Source: Cyanophora paradoxa CCMP329
Taxonomy: Eukaryota > Plantae > Glaucophyta
DNA: 64,000 nucleotides
Assembly (NCBI GenBank): GCA_004431415.1
Contig: QPMI01000245.1
Location: 1-64,000, forward strand
Direction of reading: 5' to 3'
Positions within the stretch are counted from its first letter, which is position 1. Each line of letters opens with the position of its first letter. A program made the translations under genes and the position numbers. Of this stretch, positions 36,701 to 47,152 are shown piece after piece. The notes under the pieces were generated by a model, which saw only the letters and a list, made by a program, of their open reading frames with translations, was not told the origin of the DNA and did not search any database.

Positions 36701-37964
36701 ACAGCCAGTGTTCGACTTGCGCTTCGCTACGATGTAGAGCTTGCCCTCGTGGTACGCCATAGATCCCGATCCGAACCCGTTGGCGCTCTTTGAGAAATGG
36801 GGATCGTGCAGAAACGCGACCCCGCACGCTGACGACGCGCTGGCGGCGGAGGGGCAGTCGGAGGACGTGGACCACACGGGCGTCACTTTCGAGGTCGCGA
36901 GATTGAGGTAGCCGATGACCGGCGTGTCCGAAACGCTGGATCCGGACATCCAGAAGAGGCCTTCGCTCGAGTTCGCGTGAAGTCCGCTCACGTTCCTGCG
37001 CATGCACGACGTCGACGCCAGCGGGAAATGATCTCAGCATTTTAAACGATCTTATTCACGATCTTTCGCATGCAGTCGCGATTGTGTGCCACTCGCGATC
37101 GAGCTCACTGGAATTTAATGGACTTGGCGTCCGCTGACGCGCCGATCGTCGGGTCCACCAAGGGCGCGGCGCTCTCTCCCTTTTGGCCCGCGACGAGCTC
37201 CGCCGAGCAGGACGAGTTCACGCGGAAGATCCCGCGATGCGTTCCCACGTAGAGGTACCCTGCGCAGCCCAATCGACGGCGCTCTTCTATATCTGGACCC
37301 TAAGCAGCACTATCCGCTGAGCTGCAGCTGCAGCTTATTAAAATATTAATAGGAAAGAATCCGGCCGGACCATCGAACTGCGAGTAATGAAGACCTGAAT
37401 GAAGAATAAATCAGATCGTACGCGATTTCAAATTTACTCAGAATTGAAAGCCTATCATATTATATAATTATAAAGAAATGATCACTCACTGCTGATCCCG
37501 TAGGCTCCTTGGCCTCCGTCGCCGAAATTGGCTGTACCGCCAGTCCCTGTACATGCATGCGCATATGGGCCGAGTCACTGTCGACTCGGCAAGCATGCGC
37601 AGCGGCGCGGTCCGAGTTCGAGGATTTCATTCTGCAAGGCTCGCGACTTGCCTTCAGTCGCGTTGCCGATCAGAGCCAAGTTGCCCAGACAGAAGCTGGA
37701 GTTCCCCTGGGCGAGGTCGTTCCAGCCGCTCCCGGCGGGCAGCGAGCGGATGCCCGGCAGCAGGCGGTCCGAGAGCGCCCCGACCCCTGCGCGCGCCGGC
37801 GCAGGCCGGCGCAAGCCGTGATCAGTCGTTGTGCAAACAAGTCAGGGCTGGCCATGGCGGGCGGGGCGGCTGCGGGCGGTACCGGCGAGGCAGCTGGCGA
37901 GGAGCACGGCAGCAGCGATGGCGACCGGTATCGGCAGCGCCGGCGAGTTCGAGGGGCGGCCCAT
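33744..37964 (-). CDS. Secreted/surface glycoprotein: signal peptide, beta-propeller-like region, (PS/PT)n mucin stalk, C-terminal hydrophobic (GPI/TM) tail
   Basis: MGRPSNSPALPIPVAIAAAVLLASCLAG; GYLYVGTHRGIFRVN and SMAYHEGKLYIV (propeller-like); VPTPSPSPSPSATPSPSPS; ATRRLL; ends ASIAMGLGAILPLVSGLLASLLGLARFQL*. Confidence 0.7.
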
Positions 37965-38416
37965 CGCGCACGACTGAATGCGGCCTGGACCGACTCGGCG
38001 ACGTGCACAGACCAAGGCCTCGGGGGACGCGTACCGTAGTTCACCCTAGCTAGAGTTATCCTGCAGCTTAGCAAAGTTAGAAGCCGCTGAGCGCGCGCTT
38101 ATATTAGCAGGCGCGCGCCTTCACTGCGGCACTGCGCATGCGCCGCGGCAGCCGCGGCTGATCATCATGGCATGAGCCGCCGATAACGTCAACGTTCGAA
38201 GCGCCGCGGCCGGGCCGGCGTCGCGATCGACGTCCCGCGGGCCGCGGCTCCCGCGGCCCGCCGCGCCTTGCCGGCGCCGACTCGGCGAGCCTCGGAGCTC
38301 GAGGGTCGACGTCCCCCGTCGGAGCGTTAAAACGTTGGATATCGATCATCATCGGATACGGGAGTCACGAGTCGACGTCACCGTCCGTCACGACTCACGA
38401 CCCGAGCAGATGAGTT

Positions 38417-38672
38417 TGTCGGATGAGAGGATTCCCACCCGGTGCAGCGTCCGTGCGGTCACGCACGGGCTGTGGCTGTAGCTGGGAGCACAAGTGGTCT
38501 ATTCACCAGTGTACCCGTCCAGGGATCGCGTACCCCCAAACGGAGTCGCGCCCGGCGCTAAGTCAGAATACAGAGAGTGCTAGAGCTAGCTGCTCGATAG
38601 CACTAGACTAGGGCTAGCGGCTACGCATAGACTACCGGCTAGCCTAATCCGAGGGAATCGCGGCACGCGACA
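38417..38672 (-). repeat. 3' LTR (256 bp)
   Basis: Identical by eye to 56714-56969; TG...CA ends. Confidence 0.97.
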
Positions 38673-38684
38673 ACTCCTCACTCT
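38673..38684 (-). promoter_or_regulatory. Polypurine tract (AGAGTGAGGAGT)
   Basis: Purine-rich run abutting the 3' LTR on the coding strand. Confidence 0.75.
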
Positions 38685-39381
38685 GCATACGGTGCGTCCT
38701 CGCACCGGACCGCGCCAGCCGAACGTCGAGTCTGCATGCTCGACGGGGCGTCCACCCCACCGCCGGGGTGTGCACCAACCGCGGCAGCGACAGGGCGGCG
38801 GCGAGTGAACTCCTCTCGAAGTAGAATGTCCGTCATCAGCAACCAGATATGCCAGGTAGCATAGCTCGCGACCGAAATAGGAGCCGATACCAGCATAGTG
38901 CATGTACCTAGGCAACCCCAGGCCAAGCTCGAAAGATGGAAAAGCATAAAAACTCGGAAACCCCCCCAAAAGCTGGCCCAAACTCGCTCCAACGGCGAGA
39001 GCCGAAGGAGAGTGGCACGGATGGGAAGTTTCACCGCCTCGGGAAGAAACCAACGAGGAGGTATCCGGGCCGCCCATCAGGCCCAACGAAAGAGCGGGGC
39101 ACGGCTTGAGCGGACCGCCCGACAACACCTGCTTCTCGGGGCCAGATGTGCCAGCAAAGCTCACGCCCAACCACTCTTTTTCAAGCTCGTGGGCCCAGGC
39201 TCCAGAAAAGTGAACGAAAGGCTCTGAACGGCGCCCGCTACTGATCGTCTCACCCGACAAGACGGTGGCCCGACCAATAACGACCCGCTCCTCGGCCAAG
39301 ACTGAGGCAAAGCGAGCAAAGAAATCTGCCCCACGGCGCAAGCACAGCGATCGCAAAGGGAACGGCAATGGGACAAGCATC

Positions 39382-42300
39382 TCACAGGTCGTCGACCAAA
39401 ATGGCGTCATCCATCTCAACCTCGTCGCCCTCGGCAGCCCGCTCGGGGCCCTCGGCGTCGACGTCAGGGGCGAGAGGTGAGTTTTGTTCTTGAGCGAGCG
39501 AGTCCGCGGGTGCGGGGTCGATCGCCGGCTCGTCAACGTTCGCGGCAGTCTTCCGAGGCCGACCAACGCGAGGGCGGGCTTGAGACTCGGAGAGACGCGT
39601 GCGGAACGGAAGCATGCAGTCGATGTGGGCGACGGTCTCGCGCAAAGGACGGGTACGGGCGTCGTCCTTGGCGGAGTAGGGCTTAGCCGATCCCTTGACC
39701 GTGTAGGTGTAACCGCCAGGGTTAACGCCGGTCACGGTGTAAGGCCCGACCCATGAATTGTACAGCCCTTTGTTGTGTTCGCCCATCCAGCACAATACCT
39801 TGTCGCCAACCTCAAAGCGGCGACGATGAGGCGGGTTGCCGGTGCGAGCAACCATGCGGTTCCGATAGAACCGACGGTACTCGCGCGAGGCAGCGTCGGC
39901 GCTCGCGGCAGCGCGCGTCATCGCGAGAAGGTAATCGGCTGGGTGCGTGTGGTCGGGGTTCACGAAGCGGACGCCGGCTCCGAAGCGCACTTCGCAGGGC
40001 AGGTGCACTTCAGAACCGCGGTGCAGGACCATTGGGGAGAACCCGGTGGCGGAGTGCACGGTGGTCCGTAACGCGAGAACGATATCGGCGTTGTAGAGAG
40101 GCCAGTCAGAGAGCGGCCGCTTGTGCTCACGGCACATGGCGTAAGCGAGAGTCTTGTAGACTCCGCCCAGGCGTTCAGCGCCGCCGTTCGAGGCGTGGTG
40201 GTAGGCGGCCGCGTGCACGAACCGGGTGCCTTTCTCCTTGAAGAACGCGTTCCACGCGCCTCCAACGAGTTGGGACCCGCGGTCCGTAAGGACGCGCGCG
40301 GGCACGCCCTCGTGCATATAGAAGTCGATCGCGGTGGCGAGCAAGGCCTCGCCGGAGATACGGGAGAGCGGGTAGATATAGCAGAACTTGGTGTACGCGT
40401 CGACGTACGCGATGATGTATCGCGAACCGTCTTCGTGCATATCCAAGTGGAAGATATCCACCTGCCACAGGTCTCCCTTGCCCGAAGGCTGTATCACCTG
40501 AATGGCGGTACGGCGGGGCTTCGCGGCCTTCGCGAACTGACAGTGCGGGCACGACCGCACAAAGCGAGCGATGGAGGCGTACATGCCAGGCCACCAGAAC
40601 CGCAGGGCGATCCGACGGGCTATCACGGGCGCGCCTCGATGGGCCCAGCCCTCGTGATAGGCGTAGAGCACCCTGTCGATCCAAGCGTCCGGCAAGACGG
40701 GTAGAAACCGGCCGGCAGGGACCAAGGGGTTGCGCTCGATGACGCCGTCGTCGGCCAGGCTGAACTCGCCGGCCAGGCGTGCAAAGCGCTCCTTGGCCCG
40801 CAGGCAGTGAGCGCAGCTGGGCGAGCAGAGGTCTGCGTCGCGCCTTGAGCCGCGGGTGCAGACAGTTGGGTTCTCGCCCTCTGTGTGGAAGGCGAGAAGC
40901 TTCTTGCAGAAGGAATCCTCCTTCTGAGCGGCGAGCAGACGCTCGCGCCTCTCGGTCGGGAACATACGGCGCAGCGCGTCGGGGAGCGCCCCGTCGACGG
41001 CTGGCGAGGGTCCGCAGGCCCACGCGTCGAGGACGGTATCCACGAAGACCGGCTTGCACGGCGGGCGAACGTCCCGGCCTCTAGGGTCGAGTTCTACCCA
41101 CCGCTGCGGGGCAGCGGTCTCGGCGGCGACCGTCTCGGGCTCGAGCGGGGCGGCGTCGTCGGGAGCCTGCCCGCGGGCAGAGGGGCGACCTCGAGCCCGC
41201 GGCGCTGGCTTGGGGTCCGGAGGGACCGGTCGGACGCGGATCTGGTGACGAGCAGTCTCGGGGGAGAGCGAGCGCCGGCGCGGAGGCCCGGGAGGCGGCT
41301 CGCCCTCGGGGTCCTCCGGCTCCCACTCAATATGGACCGGCACCGGCCGATCTGAGGGGTCGACCGGGGAACGCCAGTGGCGCGTGTTGTACTCGTCTCG
41401 AGGCTGCCGCCTCAAGGCGGGGCCGCGAGGGAAGAGCGCGTCGGGATGCAGGGGCCGCGGCTCAGCAAATCCCTTGGCGCCCCACCGACGGGGCCCGGTT
41501 TCTGAGCGCTTCGGTACCCGCTCCGCAAGAGCGAGGGGGAAGCCGTCGGCGTCGCAGGCGTCGGAGGGGCCAGGCCCTTCCGGCAACGACTCGTCGTCGA
41601 TCTCGCCCGAGGCCTCGGCCTCTGCGTGAGCGTCCTCTAGCAGCGCGGCCGGGGCGCCCAGGTCGCCCTCAGGGGCGTCGGGCATCTCCGCGTCCGAGGG
41701 GGCCTCGCGCTCTTCGACAGCGGGCGCCGGGTCCGGCTCCCGTCGTTTCGGGGGCGGCGAGACCGATTCTGGCGCGGGAGGCGCAAAGCGCTCTGGGGCG
41801 GCCCGCGCTCGCTTGCGCGTGGCGGCGTCGGTAGCCGAGGCGGAGGCCTTGGCCTCAGCGAACCCAGCCGACGCAGCAAGCTTGGCGAGCTCGCGGGGCA
41901 GGCGTCGCGGCGCGCGCTCTGGCGGCGGGGGCTCGGCGTCGGAATCTGTTTCCGCAGCACCGCCAGCCTCGCCCTCAGGCTCGGGCGCGGGCGCTTCAGG
42001 GGCGCCGGCGTCGGGCCCGGCCTCGAGAGCACTGGCTGGTACAGGGGGCCGCGACTCCTCCTCTGCATAAGAGGAGCGGCCCGTCGGGGAGGAGGGGGCG
42101 CTCGCAGGCGCCGTCCGGGGCGCTCGGCGCCTGGCGGCTCGGCCACCCTCGGCTGGGGCTTCCGCGCGGAAGCCGGCGGAGTTGGCGAGCTGGCGCAGGG
42201 CCCGCTCGGTCGGGCCCAGCTGCATCCTAAAGATGCCCAGCGGAACGTCGGGATCCTCAGGCTCAGCCCCTACAGCGTACTGCGGGATGCCGAAGCCCTC

Positions 42301-44871
42301 GGCGCCCTTGTAGGCCGCGGGCTTGGACGAGGAACCGTCGGCACCGCCTGGCTGCCAGACGGGGTGGTCCTTAGGGAGACGCGAGCATGCGTCAGGACCC
42401 CCGTTCTGCTTGCCGGGGCGGTAGACGATCTCAAAGTCGTAGGCCTGCAAGAGCAGGGACCAGCGACCGAGGCGACCCGTCGTCGGGTCCAGCGTCTTCA
42501 GCCACTGGAGGGCGTGGTGGTCGGTCCGCACCAGGAACTGGGGGCCGCCCAGCAGATAGTGGCGCCAATACTTAATGGCCCAGACTACTGCGAGGCACTC
42601 CAGCTCCGTAGCGGAGTAGTTCATCTCGGCCGGCAGCAGCGTGCAGCTGATGAACGCGAGCGGCCGCTCGACGCCTTTGTCGTCGGCCTGGCTCAGAATC
42701 GCGCCGATAGCGTAGGTGCTAGCGTCCGTCTGGAGAATGAAGGGCTTCGAGAAGTCCGGGAACCGCAATATAATATCGCGGCCCAAGAGTTCTTTCAGCT
42801 CCTTAAAGGCACGGTCGGCGGGGCCGTCCTCTGGCCAACTCCAGGCGGCGTCCTTCAATAGAAGGCGCTGCATGGCGTGCACCACTTTGGAAAAGTTCTC
42901 AACAAAGCGGCGGTAGTAGCCGGCGAGGCCGAGGAACGAGCGGAGCTCGTCCGCGTTCTTCGGCGTCTGCCAGTCCGTGATCACCTTGGTCTTCGCAGGG
43001 TCCTGGCGGATCCCTTCGGCGGAGATGCGGTGGCCGAGAAGGTCGATTTCAGGCACGCAGAAGCGGCATTTCGACGGCTTCAGGCGCAGGTTCGCCTTAG
43101 AGATCGTCTCGAAGAGCGCCTTCAAGTCTAGAAGGTGCTGATCGATGGACGGAGAGAAGACCGTGATATCGTCGATGTACGCGACGACACAGGTGGTCAG
43201 CAAGGGGCCTAAGATCGCAGTGATCGCGCGGGAGAAGGCCGCGGGCCCATTGGTGACCCCAAACGGCGTAACTTTCCACTGGAAGTGGCCCCAGGGGACC
43301 ACGAATGCAGTGTAAGCTCGTGAGCCGGGGTGCAGAGGCAACTGCCAGAAGCCGGCAGTCGCGTCGGCAGTCGAGAAGACCATCGAGCCGCGGAGGCGCT
43401 CGAGCTGGTCGTCGATGCGGGGCAAGGGAAACACGTCCCGCTCGGTGATCTGATTCAGCCTCCGATAGTCGACACAGAAACGCCAAGTGCCGTCCTTTTT
43501 GGGGGCCAACACTACCGGCGAGCCATATGCCGCTTGGGAGGGCTCGATCAGCCCGAGCTCAAGGAGTTTCTGAATTTCCTTGCGGGCGTGTTCCTCGGCG
43601 TGCGGGTTCATACGCCGCGGAGGCGTGAACACCGGAAGGCGAGTCGTGAGTTTGATCACGTGCTCGTAATAGAGCAGGTTGCTGGTGCCCTCTTTGGCCT
43701 CGACCTTGTCTGCGAAGACATCCTTGTAGCGCCGCAGGAGCGCGTGAAGTTCGGCTTTCTGCGCCGTCGTGATTGACGGGTGAGAGCCGAGCTCAGGAAT
43801 CTTCTTCAGCAGCTCTTGCCACTCCTCCTCTGCATTAGGCACCGGCCGCGGTGCCTCAGCGGGCTTCGCGTCGGGTGCTGCAGTCATAGGGGGTGGGGCA
43901 TCGGGCCGGGCCGAAAGCGAGGCTGTGACCACACTCTGGGGTGGGGCCTCGGCGTCGGCGACCGGTGCGGCCTTGCGGACCGTAACGTCGCCGCGCATGG
44001 CGCGGACTGCATCGAGCAAGTCGCGCTCCGCTTTTTCGGAGAGACCGGGGAAGGTCGAGCGCAGGGTGGCGTCGCTGGGGACGGCCACTGCCTCGACTGC
44101 GGCGACGAACTCGTCGACCGAAGGGCCTGTGATCGGGGCCGGCGTTGGGGACTCGCTTCGTGACGACGTGCTCATAGCATCGTCGTCGAAGCTGATGATG
44201 CTCATAGCATCAAGGTCCTGCAACGGCCGGTCGGCTGTGTCGAAGGGCAGCTCGCCAAACGTGACGACTATATCGTCGACGTCGTAGGGCGGTGCGCGGG
44301 GTGGGTCGGCGGGCTCCGCAGGCGCTGCGCTAGATAGTGCGCGCTGCTTTTCCGCCTCATCTACGACAGAACGTAGGGTGGAGATTATTTTCTCAACGTC
44401 TTTGGCGGGCTCATATGCCGCGCCAAGCATGCGTGCTTTTCTATTAAAGTGGCGGAGTCCAGTGCGGCGTTTGGCAGGCACGATTCGCAGCCGGCGAATC
44501 AAGAGGTCTGTCAATGCACTCGCACTACAAGGCATTTGCTCAGGTTCGTACTCAAAATCACCAGGCGGTAGGGCGACCGCCGAAGCGACCGCTACTACCG
44601 ATCCTAGCGGCAGGGTTACCGGCTGCCGGCCAGGATTGCACAACCGCACGTGAAACATTTTGTCTCCCGGGTGATTATGCAGCTGGTAAGGGCAGAGTAC
44701 GCCCAAGGCTTGCGGGGACTCCGGCGACGGCTCGACGTAGAGGTGCGGCAACTCACGCGTTGCCGGGCCCTGCCCATTGAGCGTGCATGGGACGAGGGCC
44801 TCTCCGACGGGGAGCTTTACTGGTCCCAGGACTCGGACCAGGATCCCAAGCTGGTCCGGAGCCGAAAAGGG
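39382..44871 (-). CDS. pol: Pol: reverse transcriptase, RNase H, long low-complexity insert, integrase (entered by -1 frameshift)
   Basis: KKDGTWRFCVDYRRLN, PFGVTNGPAAF, AYIDDI, LQTDAS...ELE...RTDH...DACSR, H-x4-H...CPHC zinc finger, WQVDIF / LTDRGSQ / SNGGAER (DDE), WVGPYTV. The frame is open back to the slippery site at 44865-44871. Confidence 0.95.
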   Translation of the reverse strand, partial: PFSAPDQLGILVRVLGPVKLPVGEALVPCTLNGQGPATRELPHLYVEPSPESPQALGVLCPYQLHNHPGDKMFHVRLCNPGRQPVTLPLGSVVAVASAVALPPGDFEYEPEQMPCSASALTDLLIRRLRIVPAKRRTGLRHFNRKARMLGAAYEPAKDVEKIISTLRSVVDEAEKQRALSSAAPAEPADPPRAPPYDVDDIVVTFGELPFDTADRPLQDLDAMSIISFDDDAMSTSSRSESPTPAPITGPSVDEFVAAVEAVAVPSDATLRSTFPGLSEKAERDLLDAVRAMRGDVTVRKAAPVADAEAPPQSVVTASLSARPDAPPPMTAAPDAKPAEAPRPVPNAEEEWQELLKKIPELGSHPSITTAQKAELHALLRRYKDVFADKVEAKEGTSNLLYYEHVIKLTTRLPVFTPPRRMNPHAEEHARKEIQKLLELGLIEPSQAAYGSPVVLAPKKDGTWRFCVDYRRLNQITERDVFPLPRIDDQLERLRGSMVFSTADATAGFWQLPLHPGSRAYTAFVVPWGHFQWKVTPFGVTNGPAAFSRAITAILGPLLTTCVVAYIDDITVFSPSIDQHLLDLKALFETISKANLRLKPSKCRFCVPEIDLLGHRISAEGIRQDPAKTKVITDWQTPKNADELRSFLGLAGYYRRFVENFSKVVHAMQRLLLKDAAWSWPEDGPADRAFKELKELLGRDIILRFPDFSKPFILQTDASTYAIGAILSQADDKGVERPLAFISCTLLPAEMNYSATELECLAVVWAIKYWRHYLLGGPQFLVRTDHHALQWLKTLDPTTGRLGRWSLLLQAYDFEIVYRPGKQNGGPDACSRLPKDHPVWQPGGADGSSSKPAAYKGAEGFGIPQYAVGAEPEDPDVPLGIFRMQLGPTERALRQLANSAGFRAEAPAEGGRAARRRAPRTAPASAPSSPTGRSSYAEEESRPPVPASALEAGPDAGAPEAPAPEPEGEAGGAAETDSDAEPPPPERAPRRLPRELAKLAASAGFAEAKASASATDAATRKRARAAPERFAPPAPESVSPPPKRREPDPAPAVEEREAPSDAEMPDAPEGDLGAPAALLEDAHAEAEASGEIDDESLPEGPGPSDACDADGFPLALAERVPKRSETGPRRWGAKGFAEPRPLHPDALFPRGPALRRQPRDEYNTRHWRSPVDPSDRPVPVHIEWEPEDPEGEPPPGPPRRRSLSPETARHQIRVRPVPPDPKPAPRARGRPSARGQAPDDAAPLEPETVAAETAAPQRWVELDPRGRDVRPPCKPVFVDTVLDAWACGPSPAVDGALPDALRRMFPTERRERLLAAQKEDSFCKKLLAFHTEGENPTVCTRGSRRDADLCSPSCAHCLRAKERFARLAGEFSLADDGVIERNPLVPAGRFLPVLPDAWIDRVLYAYHEGWAHRGAPVIARRIALRFWWPGMYASIARFVRSCPHCQFAKAAKPRRTAIQVIQPSGKGDLWQVDIFHLDMHEDGSRYIIAYVDAYTKFCYIYPLSRISGEALLATAIDFYMHEGVPARVLTDRGSQLVGGAWNAFFKEKGTRFVHAAAYHHASNGGAERLGGVYKTLAYAMCREHKRPLSDWPLYNADIVLALRTTVHSATGFSPMVLHRGSEVHLPCEVRFGAGVRFVNPDHTHPADYLLAMTRAAASADAASREYRRFYRNRMVARTGNPPHRRRFEVGDKVLCWMGEHNKGLYNSWVGPYTVTGVNPGGYTYTVKGSAKPYSAKDDARTRPLRETVAHIDCMLPFRTRLSESQARPRVGRPRKTAANVDEPAIDPAPADSLAQEQNSPLAPDVDAEGPERAAEGDEVEMDDAILVDDL

Positions 44872-47096
44872 ACGACGACTTCGCGGTGCAGGTGGTCACG
44901 GGCCCGGAGGCACCACCCGGACAGCGTCGTGTCGATCTGGCCATGGACGGCCTGGATCGCGTCCAGGCCGAGCAGAATATCCGGCTCAACGCCCATGGCG
45001 CCGCGCGGGACGACGAAGACGCGGCGGCAGAAGCGGAGCGAGCCCAGGACGAAGACTACGTCGGCTCGGCGACAACGAATTTTGTCCCGGTCCATGAAAC
45101 CGCGGACTATCGTGTGGCCCTCGACGTAATTGACTTCGTCGGGCGGCAGGCGGTCGAGGACTTCCTGGGGAACTACAGTTCCCTGGGCGCCCGTGTCGAC
45201 AACAATGCGAGCGGGCCGTTCGGCGCCGGAGCGGCCGTTCGGCAGGCGCATAGCAATGCTGCCGTGGATGTGCAGTGTCTTTGGCCGGAAGAATTCCAGG
45301 GCCCGGTCGCGCGGGAAGCTAGGTCGGGCGCGGCGGACGTGGAATTCTGGTTCCGGCGGCGCGGGTGGACCCGACAGGTCCGGCGCGCTCGCGGGTGGGG
45401 ATGGGGGCCGGGACTGGCGAGCCGCGGCTCGCTCGGCGACTCGGCGCTGCTCAGCCTGGTCGGCCAACGGCGAGGGCTTGGTCCGCTTGCGCGGGCCCGG
45501 GCCGTGGCGGTTGGCGTAGAGCAACTCGTCGCTGGGCGGGTCATAGCCGGCGCGCGTTCCCAGCGGCGTCTCCTCTGCCGGGCGGGGCACGGCGAGGGAC
45601 GGGCGGTTTTTGGAGCCCAGGGCGTGGCCCGCGGGCATGAGAGCTTCCTCGTCGGAGGTCAGGCCCTCGGGGTAAATGATCGCGGCGGCCTCGAGTGCGT
45701 TCTGCGGGGCGAACGCCGCTGTCGGCGCTGAACCCGAGAACCACGCGCGAGTTGGCCGTGGCGGGGCCTTATAGCCCGTTTTGCGCATCGAGATGCCGTA
45801 GCGGTCCATGATCGCCTGATGCACCGCGCGTAAGGCGGGCTCCAGGGTTTTTGGATCGACTTGCAGCATTTGCGCGGGGTTCGACAGCCAGTTGAAGACC
45901 AGCACGGTCGAGCGCGGCCCGAGTTTGTGCAGCAGGCGGCGGGCCCAGGCCGGCGCGGGCTCGCGGCTCTTTGGTGGGGCCGGAGCGGGCGGCGCGGCTG
46001 GCGCCGACGGCGCGACCGTCTGAGCAGGCGGCTCGTGGGCAACCGTCTGGACGCGGCGGATCGAGATGTACTTCTCGTCCGCCGGCACCGGCACGGCGGC
46101 ACGGACCGACGCCGGCGTATGCAAGCGGGCGGGGAGGTCGCGGGGCTCGCGGGCTTCTTGCCCACGGTGCGCCGGCGCCTCTGCGACAGTGTATACCGCG
46201 AAGAAGGGCTTCGGGTGGGCCTTTGCTTCAGCCTGCATCGCCACGCGAGCCTCGTGCTGGCGCTCGCGCTCAAGCAGGGCGCGCCAGTCTTTGGTGCGAT
46301 CGAGCGTGGCCTGCAGGGCTTCGAGGTCGGCACGGGGCCCGTCTGGAAGGAGCGAGATCATCATGCCCGTCTCTCCCGGGGAGAGGCTGATCTGCATATC
46401 GATGCCGGCCCGGAGGGCGCGGCAGACGTCTTCCAGGGCTCGCCGAGCAGCCTGCTTTGCCTGGGCGAAGGCTTCGTCTGAGACCTTCGGGGCGCCACCG
46501 GGCTTGGCGCGCGTCTCGGCGTGGCTAGCGGCGGTACGGATTTGGCGCTCGACTGTTTGAAGCCAAAGCCCCAATTCCGTGACCCCTTGGCTCCGGACCC
46601 TTACGTCGCGGCAGCTCGAGCACTCGCGCACAAACTGCAGGAGGCCCACTGCTGGGACGTCGGCCTGGGGGTTGAAAGTCGTGGCGGCGGAGGCGCGCGG
46701 CGCGGCCACTGAGGCGCGCGGCTGCTCCGGCGTCGACTGGTCTGCGCGCGGCGGCTCGGCCTGGCTCGCACGCGATGACCGCTCCTGGGCCTGAGAGATG
46801 GAGGCGCGACCCTCCGCAGGCTTGGACGGCGCCGCCGACTGCGGACCGGCCTCGCTCTGCCCCTCAGGCCCCTCTAGAAAGGGCCGCGGGCGCTCGTCGC
46901 GTCCGCCCGTCGGCGGCTGCCCGCCCGATGGCGGCGCGGCGGTGCGGGCCGAGGACGACGCGGACTGAGCGTCCATCTGGTTCTGGAGCTTGATCAGGAC
47001 CAGCGCGGTGGCCTGCTCAGCTCGCGCGGGCGCCGAGAGCGAGTCTGGCATCTCAGCGTACTGCGCCTTCCAGACCATGTCGAAGAGCTCGCGCAA
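44817..47096 (-). CDS. Retrotransposon ORF4: unknown N-terminal region plus C-terminal aspartic protease
   Basis: RIVVDTGAQGTVV and DILLGLDAIQA retropepsin motifs near 45000-45200; the frame is open further upstream to about 47265. Confidence 0.85.
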   Translation of the reverse strand: MRELFDMVWKAQYAEMPDSLSAPARAEQATALVLIKLQNQMDAQSASSSARTAAPPSGGQPPTGGRDERPRPFLEGPEGQSEAGPQSAAPSKPAEGRASISQAQERSSRASQAEPPRADQSTPEQPRASVAAPRASAATTFNPQADVPAVGLLQFVRECSSCRDVRVRSQGVTELGLWLQTVERQIRTAASHAETRAKPGGAPKVSDEAFAQAKQAARRALEDVCRALRAGIDMQISLSPGETGMMISLLPDGPRADLEALQATLDRTKDWRALLERERQHEARVAMQAEAKAHPKPFFAVYTVAEAPAHRGQEAREPRDLPARLHTPASVRAAVPVPADEKYISIRRVQTVAHEPPAQTVAPSAPAAPPAPAPPKSREPAPAWARRLLHKLGPRSTVLVFNWLSNPAQMLQVDPKTLEPALRAVHQAIMDRYGISMRKTGYKAPPRPTRAWFSGSAPTAAFAPQNALEAAAIIYPEGLTSDEEALMPAGHALGSKNRPSLAVPRPAEETPLGTRAGYDPPSDELLYANRHGPGPRKRTKPSPLADQAEQRRVAERAAARQSRPPSPPASAPDLSGPPAPPEPEFHVRRARPSFPRDRALEFFRPKTLHIHGSIAMRLPNGRSGAERPARIVVDTGAQGTVVPQEVLDRLPPDEVNYVEGHTIVRGFMDRDKIRCRRADVVFVLGSLRFCRRVFVVPRGAMGVEPDILLGLDAIQAVHGQIDTTLSGWCLRARDHLHREVVVPFRLRTSLGSWSESWDQ
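44834..44871 (-). promoter_or_regulatory. -1 programmed ribosomal frameshift signal (C CCU UUU, 6-nt spacer, 8-bp hairpin)
   Basis: Minus strand gtC CCT TTT cggctc CGGACCAG cttgggatc CTGGTCCG; a -1 slip joins the protease ORF to Pol. Confidence 0.85.
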
Positions 47097-47152
47097 TGTG
47101 GGCGAGCAGCCTCGCAGGCGGGCGTCGTTCTCGTGCCGCTTGTACGCAGCGT

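Noticed and set aside
38586-39566. 326-aa ORF between pol and the 3' LTR as a possible env
   Set aside because: No signal peptide, fusion or clear TM pattern; weak codon bias; runs into the LTR. More likely 3' UTR.
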